The translations under genes and the position numbers were made by a program. A stretch of DNA of 64,000 nt from Armatimonadota bacterium. Lineage in GTDB: Bacteria; Armatimonadota; SYMT01. How positions within the stretch are numbered: position 1 is the first letter of the stretch; every line of letters starts with the position of its first letter. The notes beneath the pieces are model-generated. The model saw only the letters and a list, made by a program, of their open reading frames with translations. It was not told the DNA's origin and did no database searches. Below are positions 1-8,995 of this stretch, in pieces. The stretch is taken from the NCBI GenBank assembly GCA_046292385.1, contig JBKBRF010000029.1, positions 30,089-94,088 on the forward strand. The letters run 5' to 3'.

Positions 1-251
1 ACGTCCACCGCTGCCAGCGCGACGGCGCTGCCCAGGGCGAGAACGACGGCGTCGACGGAAGGCGCGCCGCGATAGGCTGCCGCCAGCAAGACGATCGCGA
101 TGACGCCGATCATAGCCGCGACCGTCTTGACCAGCCAGTGGTCCTGCTTCGGTCCGGTTACCCGCTCGAAGCTGCGCATGCTCACCAGCGGCCAGGCCGC
201 CGTCGCCAGGTAATACAGCCCCTGCCCCCAGAGAAGGTAGGTCGCCTCCAT
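1..251 (-). CDS. Small membrane protein of unknown function (runs off window start)
   Basis: ATG at 251 overlaps the upstream stop (TGATG); my translation is MEATYLLWGQGLYYLATAAWPLVSMRSFERVTGPKQDHWLVKTVAAMIGVIAIVLL..., hydrophobic; not in the ORF track because truncated. Confidence 0.75.
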   Translation of the reverse strand, partial: MEATYLLWGQGLYYLATAAWPLVSMRSFERVTGPKQDHWLVKTVAAMIGVIAIVLLAAAYRGAPSVDAVVLALGSAVALAAVD

Positions 252-688
252 CAGCGGCGTGTCAGCTCCCCTTCGGCACCGGTGAGGGAGGTGACGTCGG
301 AGATCTCCCAGCTCCCCTGGCTGCGTTTCAGACGGAAGCGCAGGGGCACTTCTCCACCGGCGGAGGTGGTGAGGACCGCGGAGGCCGACGCTTCGTCACC
401 CTCGATGCTGAGAAACTCCCCGCGGACGTCGCTGAACGGTCCGTGCCGCCGCTCCAGCGCTTCCATCCCGCGGCGCAGCCCCTCTTCCGAGACTTGCTGC
501 TGCAGGGAGGACTCCAGGTGGTCCAGCGCCTGCCCGAAGCGCTCCGTCTCTACCTTGCGCATGAACTGCTCCGCGACCGCCTCCGGCGGGGAGACGAAGA
601 TGGTCCGGTCCCCGAGGCCGAAGACGATCCCGGCCAGCAGTCCCAGCGCCGCGGCGGTGACGAGCAGGACCTGCAGGAGTGATCTCAC
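251..688 (-). CDS. Hypothetical membrane-anchored protein (NTF2/lumazine-binding-like fold possible)
   Basis: C-terminal part of ORF 251..937; GTG at 688 overlaps the DUF421 stop (GTGA) with a GGAGG RBS; N-terminal TM helix, then SPPEAVAEQF...WEI. Confidence 0.7.
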   Translation of the reverse strand: MRSLLQVLLVTAAALGLLAGIVFGLGDRTIFVSPPEAVAEQFMRKVETERFGQALDHLESSLQQQVSEEGLRRGMEALERRHGPFSDVRGEFLSIEGDEASASAVLTTSAGGEVPLRFRLKRSQGSWEISDVTSLTGAEGELTRR

Positions 689-1194
689 GCCTCCGCCTCC
701 CCACGCTGACGCACGCGGACCAGGTCGCACTTCTGCGCTTCCCGGGCCCAGGGCCGCGGGCAGATGCCGAGTTGCCCGGTCGTCTCCAGGGTAGCGGTCT
801 CGATCTCCCGGAGATCGTCGATCCCCTGCTCGCGGACCAGTCCGAGCAACTCGGACTTCTCGAGCCGCTCCCGTCGAAGCGAGCCCTTGACCCATTCGCC
901 GCCCCGGATCATCACCTCCGGCCGACCGCTCACCCACCGTTCCAGGGTGGGGCTCACCTGGGTCCCCATGGTGATCAGGATCGCCAGGGACAGCAGCGTC
1001 CCCACCGCCACTACCGCCTGGCTGGCCGGGACTTCCGCCCAGAGCAGGTCGTCGATCAGGTCCCCGGCGATGATCGAGGCGGTGAAGTCGATCGGCGTCA
1101 CCTGCCGCACCGTTCGTTTCCCGGAGACACGCACGATCAAGAGCAGGAACAGGTAGCTGAAGATCACGCGGGCAGCGATCGCAGCGAGTGTCAT
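685..1194 (-). CDS. DUF421 (YetF-like) membrane protein
   Basis: MTLAAIAARV...RVSGKRTVRQVTPIDF...LETTGQL; TGATG coupling with the upstream gene. Confidence 0.85.
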   Translation of the reverse strand: MTLAAIAARVIFSYLFLLLIVRVSGKRTVRQVTPIDFTASIIAGDLIDDLLWAEVPASQAVVAVGTLLSLAILITMGTQVSPTLERWVSGRPEVMIRGGEWVKGSLRRERLEKSELLGLVREQGIDDLREIETATLETTGQLGICPRPWAREAQKCDLVRVRQRGEAEA

Positions 1195-1784
1195 CAGGCG
1201 GCCTCCCGGTTCAGCGCGCGTGGAGAGTAGGTCTGCTTCTCCAGCGGCGGCTCGTCCTGCCCGCCCGTATCCGCCTGCTTCTGCTGTGCTTCCTTCCCGC
1301 GGAGGTCGCCCTTCTGCAGCGGCTCCGCCCACTCGTGTTTCACCACGGCCAGCCGGCCGCTTGCCTCCAGCGTTCCGAGCTTCACCTCGCGCAGGTCGTC
1401 GACCATCTGCTCGCGCAGCATGGCCATCACTTCGTCTTCCGAGATCCGCTCCTTGCGCATCTCGTCCCGGCAAAGCTCCCCGTCTTTGATCAGCATGCTG
1501 GGAGAGCCCTGCAGGATCCGGTCGAGCGTCTTGCTTGCATACGCCATCCAGCCGGTGGCCACGTGCAGCGCGGCGATGAGGACGGCGGCGAGGCCGAACT
1601 GCAGGAAGCTGACGTCGCCGTAGATCGCCTCGTCCACGATCTCTCCCAGCATCAGCGCCACCAGCAGGTCGAAGGGCGAGAAGTTGCCGATCTCTCGCTT
1701 CCCCGTCAGGCGCAGCAGCGCCAGCATCAGCGCGTAGACGCCCAGGGTCCGTACCGCGGTCCAGAGTAGCTGTGAAGGATCCAT
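1194..1784 (-). CDS. DUF421 (YetF-like) membrane protein
   Basis: RLTGKREIGNFSPFDLLVALMLGE, PSMLIKDG and LEASGRL motifs. Confidence 0.9.
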   Translation of the reverse strand: MDPSQLLWTAVRTLGVYALMLALLRLTGKREIGNFSPFDLLVALMLGEIVDEAIYGDVSFLQFGLAAVLIAALHVATGWMAYASKTLDRILQGSPSMLIKDGELCRDEMRKERISEDEVMAMLREQMVDDLREVKLGTLEASGRLAVVKHEWAEPLQKGDLRGKEAQQKQADTGGQDEPPLEKQTYSPRALNREAA

Positions 1785-1898
1785 AACCTGCTGCCCGGCC
1801 CACCAGTTGCCAGGGTGGCGAGCATCCTCCCGGCCCGTAGTCCCCGGAGGAGGAACAGCTACAAACCTGCGGGACGTGTACGCGCGTGGCAGCGGAGA

Positions 1899-2384
1899 TC
1901 AGTCGCCGGCGAGCGCGGCCATCTGCTTCGCCTCCAGCAGCCAGCGGAGCTCCCCGGCGCCGAAGCGCGGGTTCAGCTCCACGCACGCCAGGCTCGCCTT
2001 CTTCATCCGCACCGCTCCGCCGCCGATCAGCGTGGAGACCGCTTCGCTCAGCGTCGGCTCGTGACCCACCAGCATCACGCGGGCGTTCCCGGGGAGGCGC
2101 TGCAGGAGGTCGAGGAGGGGCTCCACGCCCTCGCCGGAAGCGAGCCGGGGATCCTCCCGGAGGCTCGAATCGAGAGAGAGGCCGGATGCCACGATCTCCG
2201 CGGTCCGGCGCGCCCGCGCGAACGGGCTGGTGACGATCAGGTCGAGCTTCAGCTCCAAGCGCCGCAGGCCCCGGGCGACCGCGTGGAGCTCTTCTATCCC
2301 CTCGGCGGTAAGCTGGCGGTCGCGGTCGGACAGTCCAATTCGGGGATCTTCCGCAATGCCGTGACGAAGAAGGTAGACTCGCAT
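1899..2384 (-). CDS. sixA: Phosphohistidine phosphatase SixA
   Basis: MRVYLLRHG, TSPFARARRTAE and LVGHEP motifs; AGGAG RBS before ATG 2384. Confidence 0.9.
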   Translation of the reverse strand: MRVYLLRHGIAEDPRIGLSDRDRQLTAEGIEELHAVARGLRRLELKLDLIVTSPFARARRTAEIVASGLSLDSSLREDPRLASGEGVEPLLDLLQRLPGNARVMLVGHEPTLSEAVSTLIGGGAVRMKKASLACVELNPRFGAGELRWLLEAKQMAALAGD

Positions 2385-2519
2385 GGTGTTCTCCTGGCCC
2401 CCGGGTGGAGAGGACCGGCGTCCCCGCGGGGGCAACAGTCCTACGCCGCGCTCCGTGAGCGCCTCTGATACCACCGCGTCAGCCGCGGCGGCTCGGACAC
2501 GCTCCTAGTCTGACTCCCG

Positions 2520-5006
2520 ATGCGCTCCCACCAAACGCCCGCCTCCCGCTCCCGGCTCCGCATCCTGGCCCCCGTGCTTCTGCTGGTCGCCCTGCCGGGG
2601 GCCTTCCTATTTCCGTATCTGTTCCTGGGCCGGTCGATGGTGCCGCTCGACATGCTGCCGGGGTTCCAGCCGTGGGTGCGGCACGCCGCGAGCCTCTGGC
2701 CGGCGGAGGTCTGGACTCCCGGACAGCTCCCCCACAACCCGCTGCTCGACTCGATCCAGCAGTACTTCCCTCGCCGGGTCTACTTCTCCGGCGCGCTCTC
2801 CGGCGGCTGGCTGCCGCTCTGGAACCCATACGTTTACGCCGGCAGTCCCTTCGCGGGGATCCAGCAAGGCGCGCTGCTCTACCCGCCGGCATGGCTCCTC
2901 GCCCTCTTTCCTCCGGAGCAGCAGTTCGGGTGGTCCGCCTTTCTCCACCTCTCCCTGGCGGCAGTCGGGAGCTATCTCTTCTTCCGCCAGATGGAGCTGC
3001 GGCGCGCCGCGGCGGTCGCGGGCGGGGTCGCCTTTGCGTTCAACGGCTTCATCGTCGTCTGGCTCGCCTATCCGAACGTGACACAGTGGACCCTCTGCTG
3101 GCTGCCGCTGGCCCTCTTCCTGTGGGAGAAGGGCCGCGAGCGGGACGATCTCCGCTGGATTGCCGGCTCTGCCGCCGCGCTGGGGCTTAGCCTGCTGGGC
3201 GGCCACGCGCAGAGCTCCGCGTACGTGCTCCTGGTCTGGGCCGCCTGGGCGCTCTACCGCTGCCTCACTTCCGGGCGGCCGCTCTCCGCGCTGGCGCGCT
3301 GGGCCGCGCTGCCGGGCACGCTCGCCGTGCTCTTCGCACTGGGACAGCTCCTGCCGGCGTTCGATTATCTGCCGCGGACCGACCGTTCCGGGCGGCTGCC
3401 GTGGGAGGCAGTCCTGGCGAACGGGATGCCGCCGAATCAGCTCTGGACCCTCATCCTGCCGCGGCTCTTCGGAGACGAGACGGCGGGCTTCGGCACGCTG
3501 CCGAGCTGGCTCAACGGGTACGATACCAGTCCGTACGCCCGCCTCGCCTTCCTCGAGCGGAGCTTCTACCCCGGCGCGGCCGTGCTCGTGCTCGCGGCCG
3601 GAGCCTGGGCGGCCCGGCGGCTTCCGCCGGAGTACCGGCGGCTCGCGCTCTTCTCTTTGGTGCTGGCGGTCGGCGGGATAGCCATGGCTCTCTTTCCGCC
3701 GCTCTACTGGCCGCTCTGGCGCTTCGCCCCCGGGTTCGGACACCTCACCGCCTGGGCGCGCATCATCTGCATCGCCGCGTGGGGCCTGGCAGGTCTTGCC
3801 GCGCTCGGAGTGCACGCGCTCGGCGACGCCGACCCCCTCGTCCGGCGCTCCGCGCTGCGGGGTATCGCCGCGGCCGCCGCCCTCGGGGCGGTGGTAGCGA
3901 TCGCCGGTTACATTCTCCACCCGGTGCCGCTCCCAGTCGACGAGACGCTTCAGCGCCAGGGACTTCCGGCGGCCGACCCGCAGCTCACCCGAGACTTGCT
4001 CCTCGCGCTGGGCTGGCTCCTGCTGCCGGTCGTGATCGCGCTGCTTTCGCTGCCCCTGCAGCAGCGGCAGCGCCCGGTGCTGCAGCCCGCGCTCGCCGCG
4101 GCAGCGGCTGTCGTGGTGATCGCGGCCGACCTCTTCACCTTCGGCTTCGGCTTCAATCCCCGCGCCGATCCCCGCTTCCTCACCGCCCAGGTGCCGGAGT
4201 TGCAGGCGGTGACGGCGGAGCCGGAGGCGTTCCGCTTCCTCTCCGTGGGGCCCGGGCCCGATCCGATGCGGCACCTGCACGAGCGAATGCCGTCCAACCT
4301 CCCCTCCGTGTTCGGGTTGGCGGACGCGCTGGGAAGCGACTCGTTCGTCTCGAAACGCTACCGCCAGTGGGAGCGCGCGCTCTCGCGGGCGACCGGCGAG
4401 GGACCGTGGTCTCGCCCCGGCGCGGCGAACCTGCGCGCCGCCGGCGTGCGCTACTACCTCACCGGCGCGAAGGAGCCCTTTTCCGGACTGGAAGAAGTGG
4501 TCGGCACCGGCCTGCAGCGAGATCCGCGCGCGCTGCCGTACGCACGGCTCCACCCGTTCGCGCAGGCGCTCCCGTCCGAAGCCGCCGTGCTGGAGAACCT
4601 GGCGAACCCGAACCGCTCTCCGCTCGTGGCCCTCGTCGCGGGACCGGACGCGCCCACGTTTTCGAACCCGGGCCCGGTGACGCCGTTCACCGTGCGGCGG
4701 CGGAACGGGAACCGGCTGGTCCTCGAGGGGGAGGCGCCGTCTTCGGGACTGCTGGTGGTGGCCGAGCAGTACGAGCCGGGCTGGCGCGTGGCCGTGAACG
4801 GCCGGCCGGCTCGCCTCTTCCCGGCCGACCATCTTTTCGTCGGCGTGCCGCTGGAGGCAGGCCCGCAGGTGGTGGAGCTCACCTACCAGCCGGCGCCCTG
4901 GCGGGTGGGGCTCTTCGGCACGCTCGCGGCGCTGGGGGCACTCTGCGCGCTCCTCGTCGGAGCGCGTCCGCGCCGTCCGGCAAAACTTTCTACCGCCGAC
5001 GTTTGA
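2520..5006 (+). CDS. YfhO-family polytopic membrane protein (GT-C glycosyltransferase-like)
   Basis: LPLWNPY..AGSP, LLYPP, many TM helices, C-terminal YEPGWRV.VNG and VELTYQP. Confidence 0.85.
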   Translation: MRSHQTPASRSRLRILAPVLLLVALPGAFLFPYLFLGRSMVPLDMLPGFQPWVRHAASLWPAEVWTPGQLPHNPLLDSIQQYFPRRVYFSGALSGGWLPLWNPYVYAGSPFAGIQQGALLYPPAWLLALFPPEQQFGWSAFLHLSLAAVGSYLFFRQMELRRAAAVAGGVAFAFNGFIVVWLAYPNVTQWTLCWLPLALFLWEKGRERDDLRWIAGSAAALGLSLLGGHAQSSAYVLLVWAAWALYRCLTSGRPLSALARWAALPGTLAVLFALGQLLPAFDYLPRTDRSGRLPWEAVLANGMPPNQLWTLILPRLFGDETAGFGTLPSWLNGYDTSPYARLAFLERSFYPGAAVLVLAAGAWAARRLPPEYRRLALFSLVLAVGGIAMALFPPLYWPLWRFAPGFGHLTAWARIICIAAWGLAGLAALGVHALGDADPLVRRSALRGIAAAAALGAVVAIAGYILHPVPLPVDETLQRQGLPAADPQLTRDLLLALGWLLLPVVIALLSLPLQQRQRPVLQPALAAAAAVVVIAADLFTFGFGFNPRADPRFLTAQVPELQAVTAEPEAFRFLSVGPGPDPMRHLHERMPSNLPSVFGLADALGSDSFVSKRYRQWERALSRATGEGPWSRPGAANLRAAGVRYYLTGAKEPFSGLEEVVGTGLQRDPRALPYARLHPFAQALPSEAAVLENLANPNRSPLVALVAGPDAPTFSNPGPVTPFTVRRRNGNRLVLEGEAPSSGLLVVAEQYEPGWRVAVNGRPARLFPADHLFVGVPLEAGPQVVELTYQPAPWRVGLFGTLAALGALCALLVGARPRRPAKLSTADV

Positions 5007-5029
5007 GGAATTCCGCCCCGGGTATGATT

Positions 5030-5342
5030 TCGCTGGAACGAGGAACGCTCGATCCGGTTCTGATAAGAAGCGAAGACGAGGAACGGACGTCAGGAAAGCC
5101 GGACAGGGAACACACGGGATCTGGGACACTACAACCGCATAACGGCAGCACAACTGAAGAACGGCACACAACTGAATAGACAACCGAAGAACATGCCGCT
5201 CTCCGGAGCGGAAGGACAACAGAAGAACGGCAACCGGCCGTGGTTATGCGGTCGCACAACTGAACACGAGATGCGAACAACGGCCCCTCGGGGTCGACAC
5301 AATAGAGAGAGGGCGGTGAGGCTTGCGCTTCACCGCCCTCTC
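5030..5342 (+). ncRNA. Candidate structured small RNA with a GGA cluster and five ACAACNGAANA repeats
   Basis: A-rich intergenic region; TATGAT at 5023-5028; ~9 GGA in 5035-5126; five 11-nt repeats; stem 5134-5143/5243-5252; C(UCCG)G hairpin 5196-5211; closing hairpin 5307-5342. Confidence 0.55.
5307..5342. terminator. Strong hairpin between convergent transcription units
   Basis: GAGAGGGCGGTGAGGC-ttgc-GCTTCACCGCCCTCTC, 16-bp stem with one G-U pair; U-rich tail only on the minus strand. Confidence 0.7.
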
Positions 5343-5368
5343 GGCGTCTCATCTGCGTTTCGGCTGGC

Positions 5369-6751
5369 TCACACCAGCTCCCGGATGACCTCACCTTCGC
5401 CGGCGATCTCCCACGGCCGGCCCTGCGGGTCGTGGAGAATGGTGCCGGGCGAGACGCCCATCTTCTGGTAGATCGTCGCGATCAGGTCGATCGGGCGCAG
5501 GCGGCGTTCGTCCGCGTATCCGCCGTCCGCCGTCGTGGAGCCGATCACCTGCCCGCCGCGCACTCCGCCGCCCGCGGCGACGACCGACATCGCGTGCGGC
5601 CAGTGGTCCCGGCCGCTGTCCGGCGCCTCGACCTTGGGGCTGCGGCCGAACTCGCCCATCCAGAGGACCAGCGTCTCCTTCAGCAGGCCGCGGTCGTCCA
5701 TGTCCCGCAGGAGCGCGCTGAACGCCTGGTCGAGCGTGGGGCAGAGATGGTCCCGCATCCGGGCGAGCGCCCCGATCTCGATCCCCTGCGCCATCAGGTT
5801 GCCGTGCGTGTCCCAGTTACCCGTGGAGACGGAAACGACCGGCACGCCTTTCTCCACCAGGCGCCGGCCCAGCAGGAACGCCTGGCCGAAGCCGTTCTTG
5901 CCGTAGTCTTCCTTCAGCTTCTCCGGCTCGCCGGAGAGGTCGAACGCCTCCCGCGTGGCGCTGGAGGTCACCAGCCCATACGCCCTCCGCTGGTACTCGT
6001 CCAGCGTGCTCGCCGCCAGCTCCCGGTCGGCCAGTCCGGCCGCCCCGTCGATGATCCGCGCGAGGCGGCTGCGGCGCTCCAGGCGGCCACTGGTCACGTT
6101 GGGGGGCAGCGGCAGGTCGTTCAGCACGTAGCCCTGCTTGTCGCTTCCGGTCATGCGCAGGGGCGCGTACGCCGGTCCGAGCCGCTCCGGGTTGTCGTAG
6201 TAGACGTAGTTGAAGCCGCCGATGCCGTACGTGCCGTAGCTGCGGATGCTGATCAGCGGCGGCAGCGCGCTCTGCGGCGGGAGAGTTCGGGCGAGCACGG
6301 AGCCGAAGTAGGGCGCCGCCTGCGCGGGGTTCCCCTGCGAGTCCGGACGGCCGGGCGCGACTCCGGTCTGCATCCAGTGGTCCGCCGCCGTGTGGCCCGG
6401 CTCCTGGTGGTAGATCGACCGGATGATCGCGTACTTGTCCGCAATCTTCGCCATCCGCGGCAGCCACTCGTGGATGCGGATGCCGGAGACGTTCGTCGGA
6501 ATCGCCGAGGAGGGGCCGCGGTAGGCTTCGGGGGCGTCCGGCTTGGGATCGAACGTCTCGTAGTGGCTCGGCCCGCCGCCCATCCAGAGCAGCAGTACCG
6601 CCTTCGCCTGCGGAGCCGCGGCGCCGGCAGCCCGGCCCGCCAGCAGCGTCGGCAGCGTCAGCCCGCCGAGCCCGAGCGCGCCGACCCGGACGAAGTCCCG
6701 CCGGGTGAGTCCATCACAGTAGACCGACCGCCCTCTCCGGATCTCCAGCAT
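5369..6751 (-). CDS. DUF1501 domain protein (Tat-like N-terminus)
   Basis: TRRDFVRVG, WMGGGPSHYETFDPKP, WDTH, GEFGRSP and GRDHWP motifs; GGAGG RBS before ATG 6751. Confidence 0.92.
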   Translation of the reverse strand: MLEIRRGRSVYCDGLTRRDFVRVGALGLGGLTLPTLLAGRAAGAAAPQAKAVLLLWMGGGPSHYETFDPKPDAPEAYRGPSSAIPTNVSGIRIHEWLPRMAKIADKYAIIRSIYHQEPGHTAADHWMQTGVAPGRPDSQGNPAQAAPYFGSVLARTLPPQSALPPLISIRSYGTYGIGGFNYVYYDNPERLGPAYAPLRMTGSDKQGYVLNDLPLPPNVTSGRLERRSRLARIIDGAAGLADRELAASTLDEYQRRAYGLVTSSATREAFDLSGEPEKLKEDYGKNGFGQAFLLGRRLVEKGVPVVSVSTGNWDTHGNLMAQGIEIGALARMRDHLCPTLDQAFSALLRDMDDRGLLKETLVLWMGEFGRSPKVEAPDSGRDHWPHAMSVVAAGGGVRGGQVIGSTTADGGYADERRLRPIDLIATIYQKMGVSPGTILHDPQGRPWEIAGEGEVIRELV

Positions 6752-6899
6752 CGCCGCCTCCCCAGTAGTCCTGCCATTCGGACAACGGCCGGAGGCGCCG
6801 GTTTCAGGGAGTGCGGTAGAGAACGTGTGCCGACTGTGACTGTTCGCCAGCAGGCTGCTTCCGCCAGCCCTTCGGGTGGAGGCACCATTCCCCGAATCT

Positions 6900-7501
6900 G
6901 TCATTCTGAGCCGCAGGCACGGCCGAGAGCCGGCCACGCCCGAAGAAACGATCCCTAGCCCTGACGACCGCCCGACGGCTTTCCGCTTGACCCGCCACTC
7001 ACCGTAAGCAGTCATTCTGAACGCAGTGAAGAATCTCGGCAGCCGGCTTGGTCCGGAGCACGCATCGGGGCGACGAGGACACGGCCTGGCGGAGCGCTCC
7101 CGAACGCGGGTGCTCACCGTACCTCCGGAGAGCCGAGTGACGTAGATCCTTCACTGCGTTCAGGATGACCCTCGGGGGCGGAGCTGTGCTCCCGCAGGGC
7201 TGACGCCGATCCGGTGATGCTGGCTCGCGGGGGAGTTTCTTGAGAACGCAGGGAAGAATCTCGGCAGCCGTCCTGGTCCGGAGTACGCATGCTCGTGACG
7301 AGGACAAGGCCTGGCGAGGCGCTCCCGAACGTGCGGGCACACCGTCTCCTCGAAGAACCGAGTGACGGAGATCCTTCACTCCGTTCAGGATGACCCCCGG
7401 GGAGTAGAGCCGCGCTCACGCAGGGCCGACGCCGCCACCGGCGCTGTCTCGAGGCGCCGAGAAGTCCTGGCGGGAAACTCTTCACTTCCGCTCAGCGTGA
7501 C
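6900..7501. repeat. Cluster of REP/MITE-like palindromic elements (GTCATTCTGA...TCAGGATGAC ends); two tandem units with 225-bp period
   Basis: Unit 1 7011-7169 has 26-bp inverted ends (24/26 match); unit 2 is ~7235-7394; further degenerate ends at 6900 and 7501. Confidence 0.85.
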
Positions 7502-7542
7502 CGGCGTGGGAAATAGACGCGGCCGCGTTCTGTCGCCGGGAG

Positions 7543-8805
7543 TTAGTCGCCGCCGCCGCGGAGGGTCTTGTCGACGATCTTGAGGAACTCGTCGTTGCTG
7601 GTGGTGTTCTTCAGGCGGTCGATCAGCAGCTCGGTGGCCTGGACGGTATCGAGCGCGGCGAGGGCGCGGTGGAGCTTCCAGACCTGCTTGAGGGTCGCCT
7701 CGTCGTGCAGGAGCTCGTCGTGGCGGGTTCCGGAACGCTTGATGTCGATCGCGGGGAAGATGCGGCGCTCCTGCAGGTCCCGGCTCAGGTGGAGCTCCCA
7801 GTTGCCGGTGCCCTTGAACTCCTCGAAGATCATGTCGTCCATCCGGCTGCCGGTATCGACCAGCGCCGTGGCGATGATCGTGAGGCTGCCGCCCTCTTCG
7901 ATGTTCCGCGCGGCACCGAAGAACCGCTTGGGGCGGTAGAGCGCGGCGGGGTCGAGGCCGCCGGTGAGGGTGCGGCCGCTGGGGGTGACGGTCAGGTTGG
8001 AGGCGCGGGAGAGGCGGGTCAGGCTGTCCAGCAGGATCACGACGTCGCGGCCGCTCTCGACCAGGCGCTTCGACTCTTCCAGCACCATGTCGGCGACGCG
8101 GCTGTGGTTCTCCGGAAGCTCGTCGAAGGTGGAGCTCACCACCTGCCCCTTCACGGACCGGCGCATGTCGGTCACTTCTTCCGGGCGCTCGTCCACGAGC
8201 AGGACGATCAGGAACACCTCCGGGTTGTTCTGCGTGATCCCGTGCGCGATGTTCTTGAGCAGCGTCGTCTTACCGGCCTTCGGCGGAGAGACGATCAGGC
8301 CGCGCTGCCCCTTTCCCACCGGGGCGATCAGGTCGATGAAGCGCCCGCTGATGTTGTCCCCGCTCGTCTCCATCTGGAGCCGCTCGTTGGGGTAGACGGT
8401 GGTGAGGTCGGCGTAGTCCTTGCGCTGCCGGGCGCGGTCCGGGTCCATGCCGTTGACCGCTTCCACGCGGAGAAGCCCGTAGTACTTCTCGTTCTCCTTC
8501 GGGGGCCGCACCTGGCCGCTCACCCAGTCCCCCGTCTTCAGGCCGAAGCGCTTGATCTGGGATTGGGAGACGTAGATGTCGTCCGCCGCCGGCTGGAAGT
8601 TGTCGTGCCGGAGGAACCCCCACCCGTCGGAGAGGATCTCGAGCACCCCCTGGCCGTAGATGAGCCCGCTGTTCTCCGCCTGGGTCTGGAGAATCTTGAA
8701 GGTGAGGTCCTGCTTCCGCAGCCGGTCGATGTTCTCGATGTTCAGCTCCCGGGCGATTCCCTGAAGCTCCGCGACTGTCTTCGATTCGAGCTCGGCGAGT
8801 TCCAT
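7543..8805 (-). CDS. rho: Transcription termination factor Rho
   Basis: [40 protein letters not shown] and FEEFKGTGN motifs; GAGGTG RBS before ATG 8805. Confidence 0.98.
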   Translation of the reverse strand: MELAELESKTVAELQGIARELNIENIDRLRKQDLTFKILQTQAENSGLIYGQGVLEILSDGWGFLRHDNFQPAADDIYVSQSQIKRFGLKTGDWVSGQVRPPKENEKYYGLLRVEAVNGMDPDRARQRKDYADLTTVYPNERLQMETSGDNISGRFIDLIAPVGKGQRGLIVSPPKAGKTTLLKNIAHGITQNNPEVFLIVLLVDERPEEVTDMRRSVKGQVVSSTFDELPENHSRVADMVLEESKRLVESGRDVVILLDSLTRLSRASNLTVTPSGRTLTGGLDPAALYRPKRFFGAARNIEEGGSLTIIATALVDTGSRMDDMIFEEFKGTGNWELHLSRDLQERRIFPAIDIKRSGTRHDELLHDEATLKQVWKLHRALAALDTVQATELLIDRLKNTTSNDEFLKIVDKTLRGGGD

Positions 8806-8931
8806 GACCACCTCGGTCGATGCGAGGGAAAAGGGGTGCGGTCCGCGAGGTGAGCGGTATGCCGGAACAGCGCGGCGGTGAAGCGGACGGGGAAGACGAC
8901 GACGGCGCGCGGAGCTGCGCGCCTCAAGGCG

Positions 8932-8960
8932 AGTTTAGCACGCAATCTGGCGGGTGTCTA
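8932..8960 (-). promoter_or_regulatory. Sigma70-type promoter for rho
   Basis: Minus strand TAGACA-17 nt-TAAACT with an extended -10 TG. Confidence 0.65.
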
Positions 8961-8995
8961 CCTGACACGCTCACGGCTGAAAGTAGGCTATCCAC

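Noticed and set aside
2607..5219. 870-aa minus-strand ORF, and similar long shadow ORFs (19115..21733, 29184..31751, 52140..54143)
   Set aside because: They overlap well-supported genes and have Arg/Gly/Pro-rich non-protein-like composition
5150..5266. Repeats considered as a CRISPR array
   Set aside because: Only 11 nt long, irregular 1-29 nt gaps, no cas genes
5193..5471. Short ORFs across the candidate ncRNA (also 4990..5394 minus)
   Set aside because: No clear RBS, atypical codon use, overlap with the hairpin and neighbouring genes
6999..7485. ORFs containing VILNAVK / HPERSEGS peptides
   Set aside because: These are translations of the palindromic repeat ends, not genes
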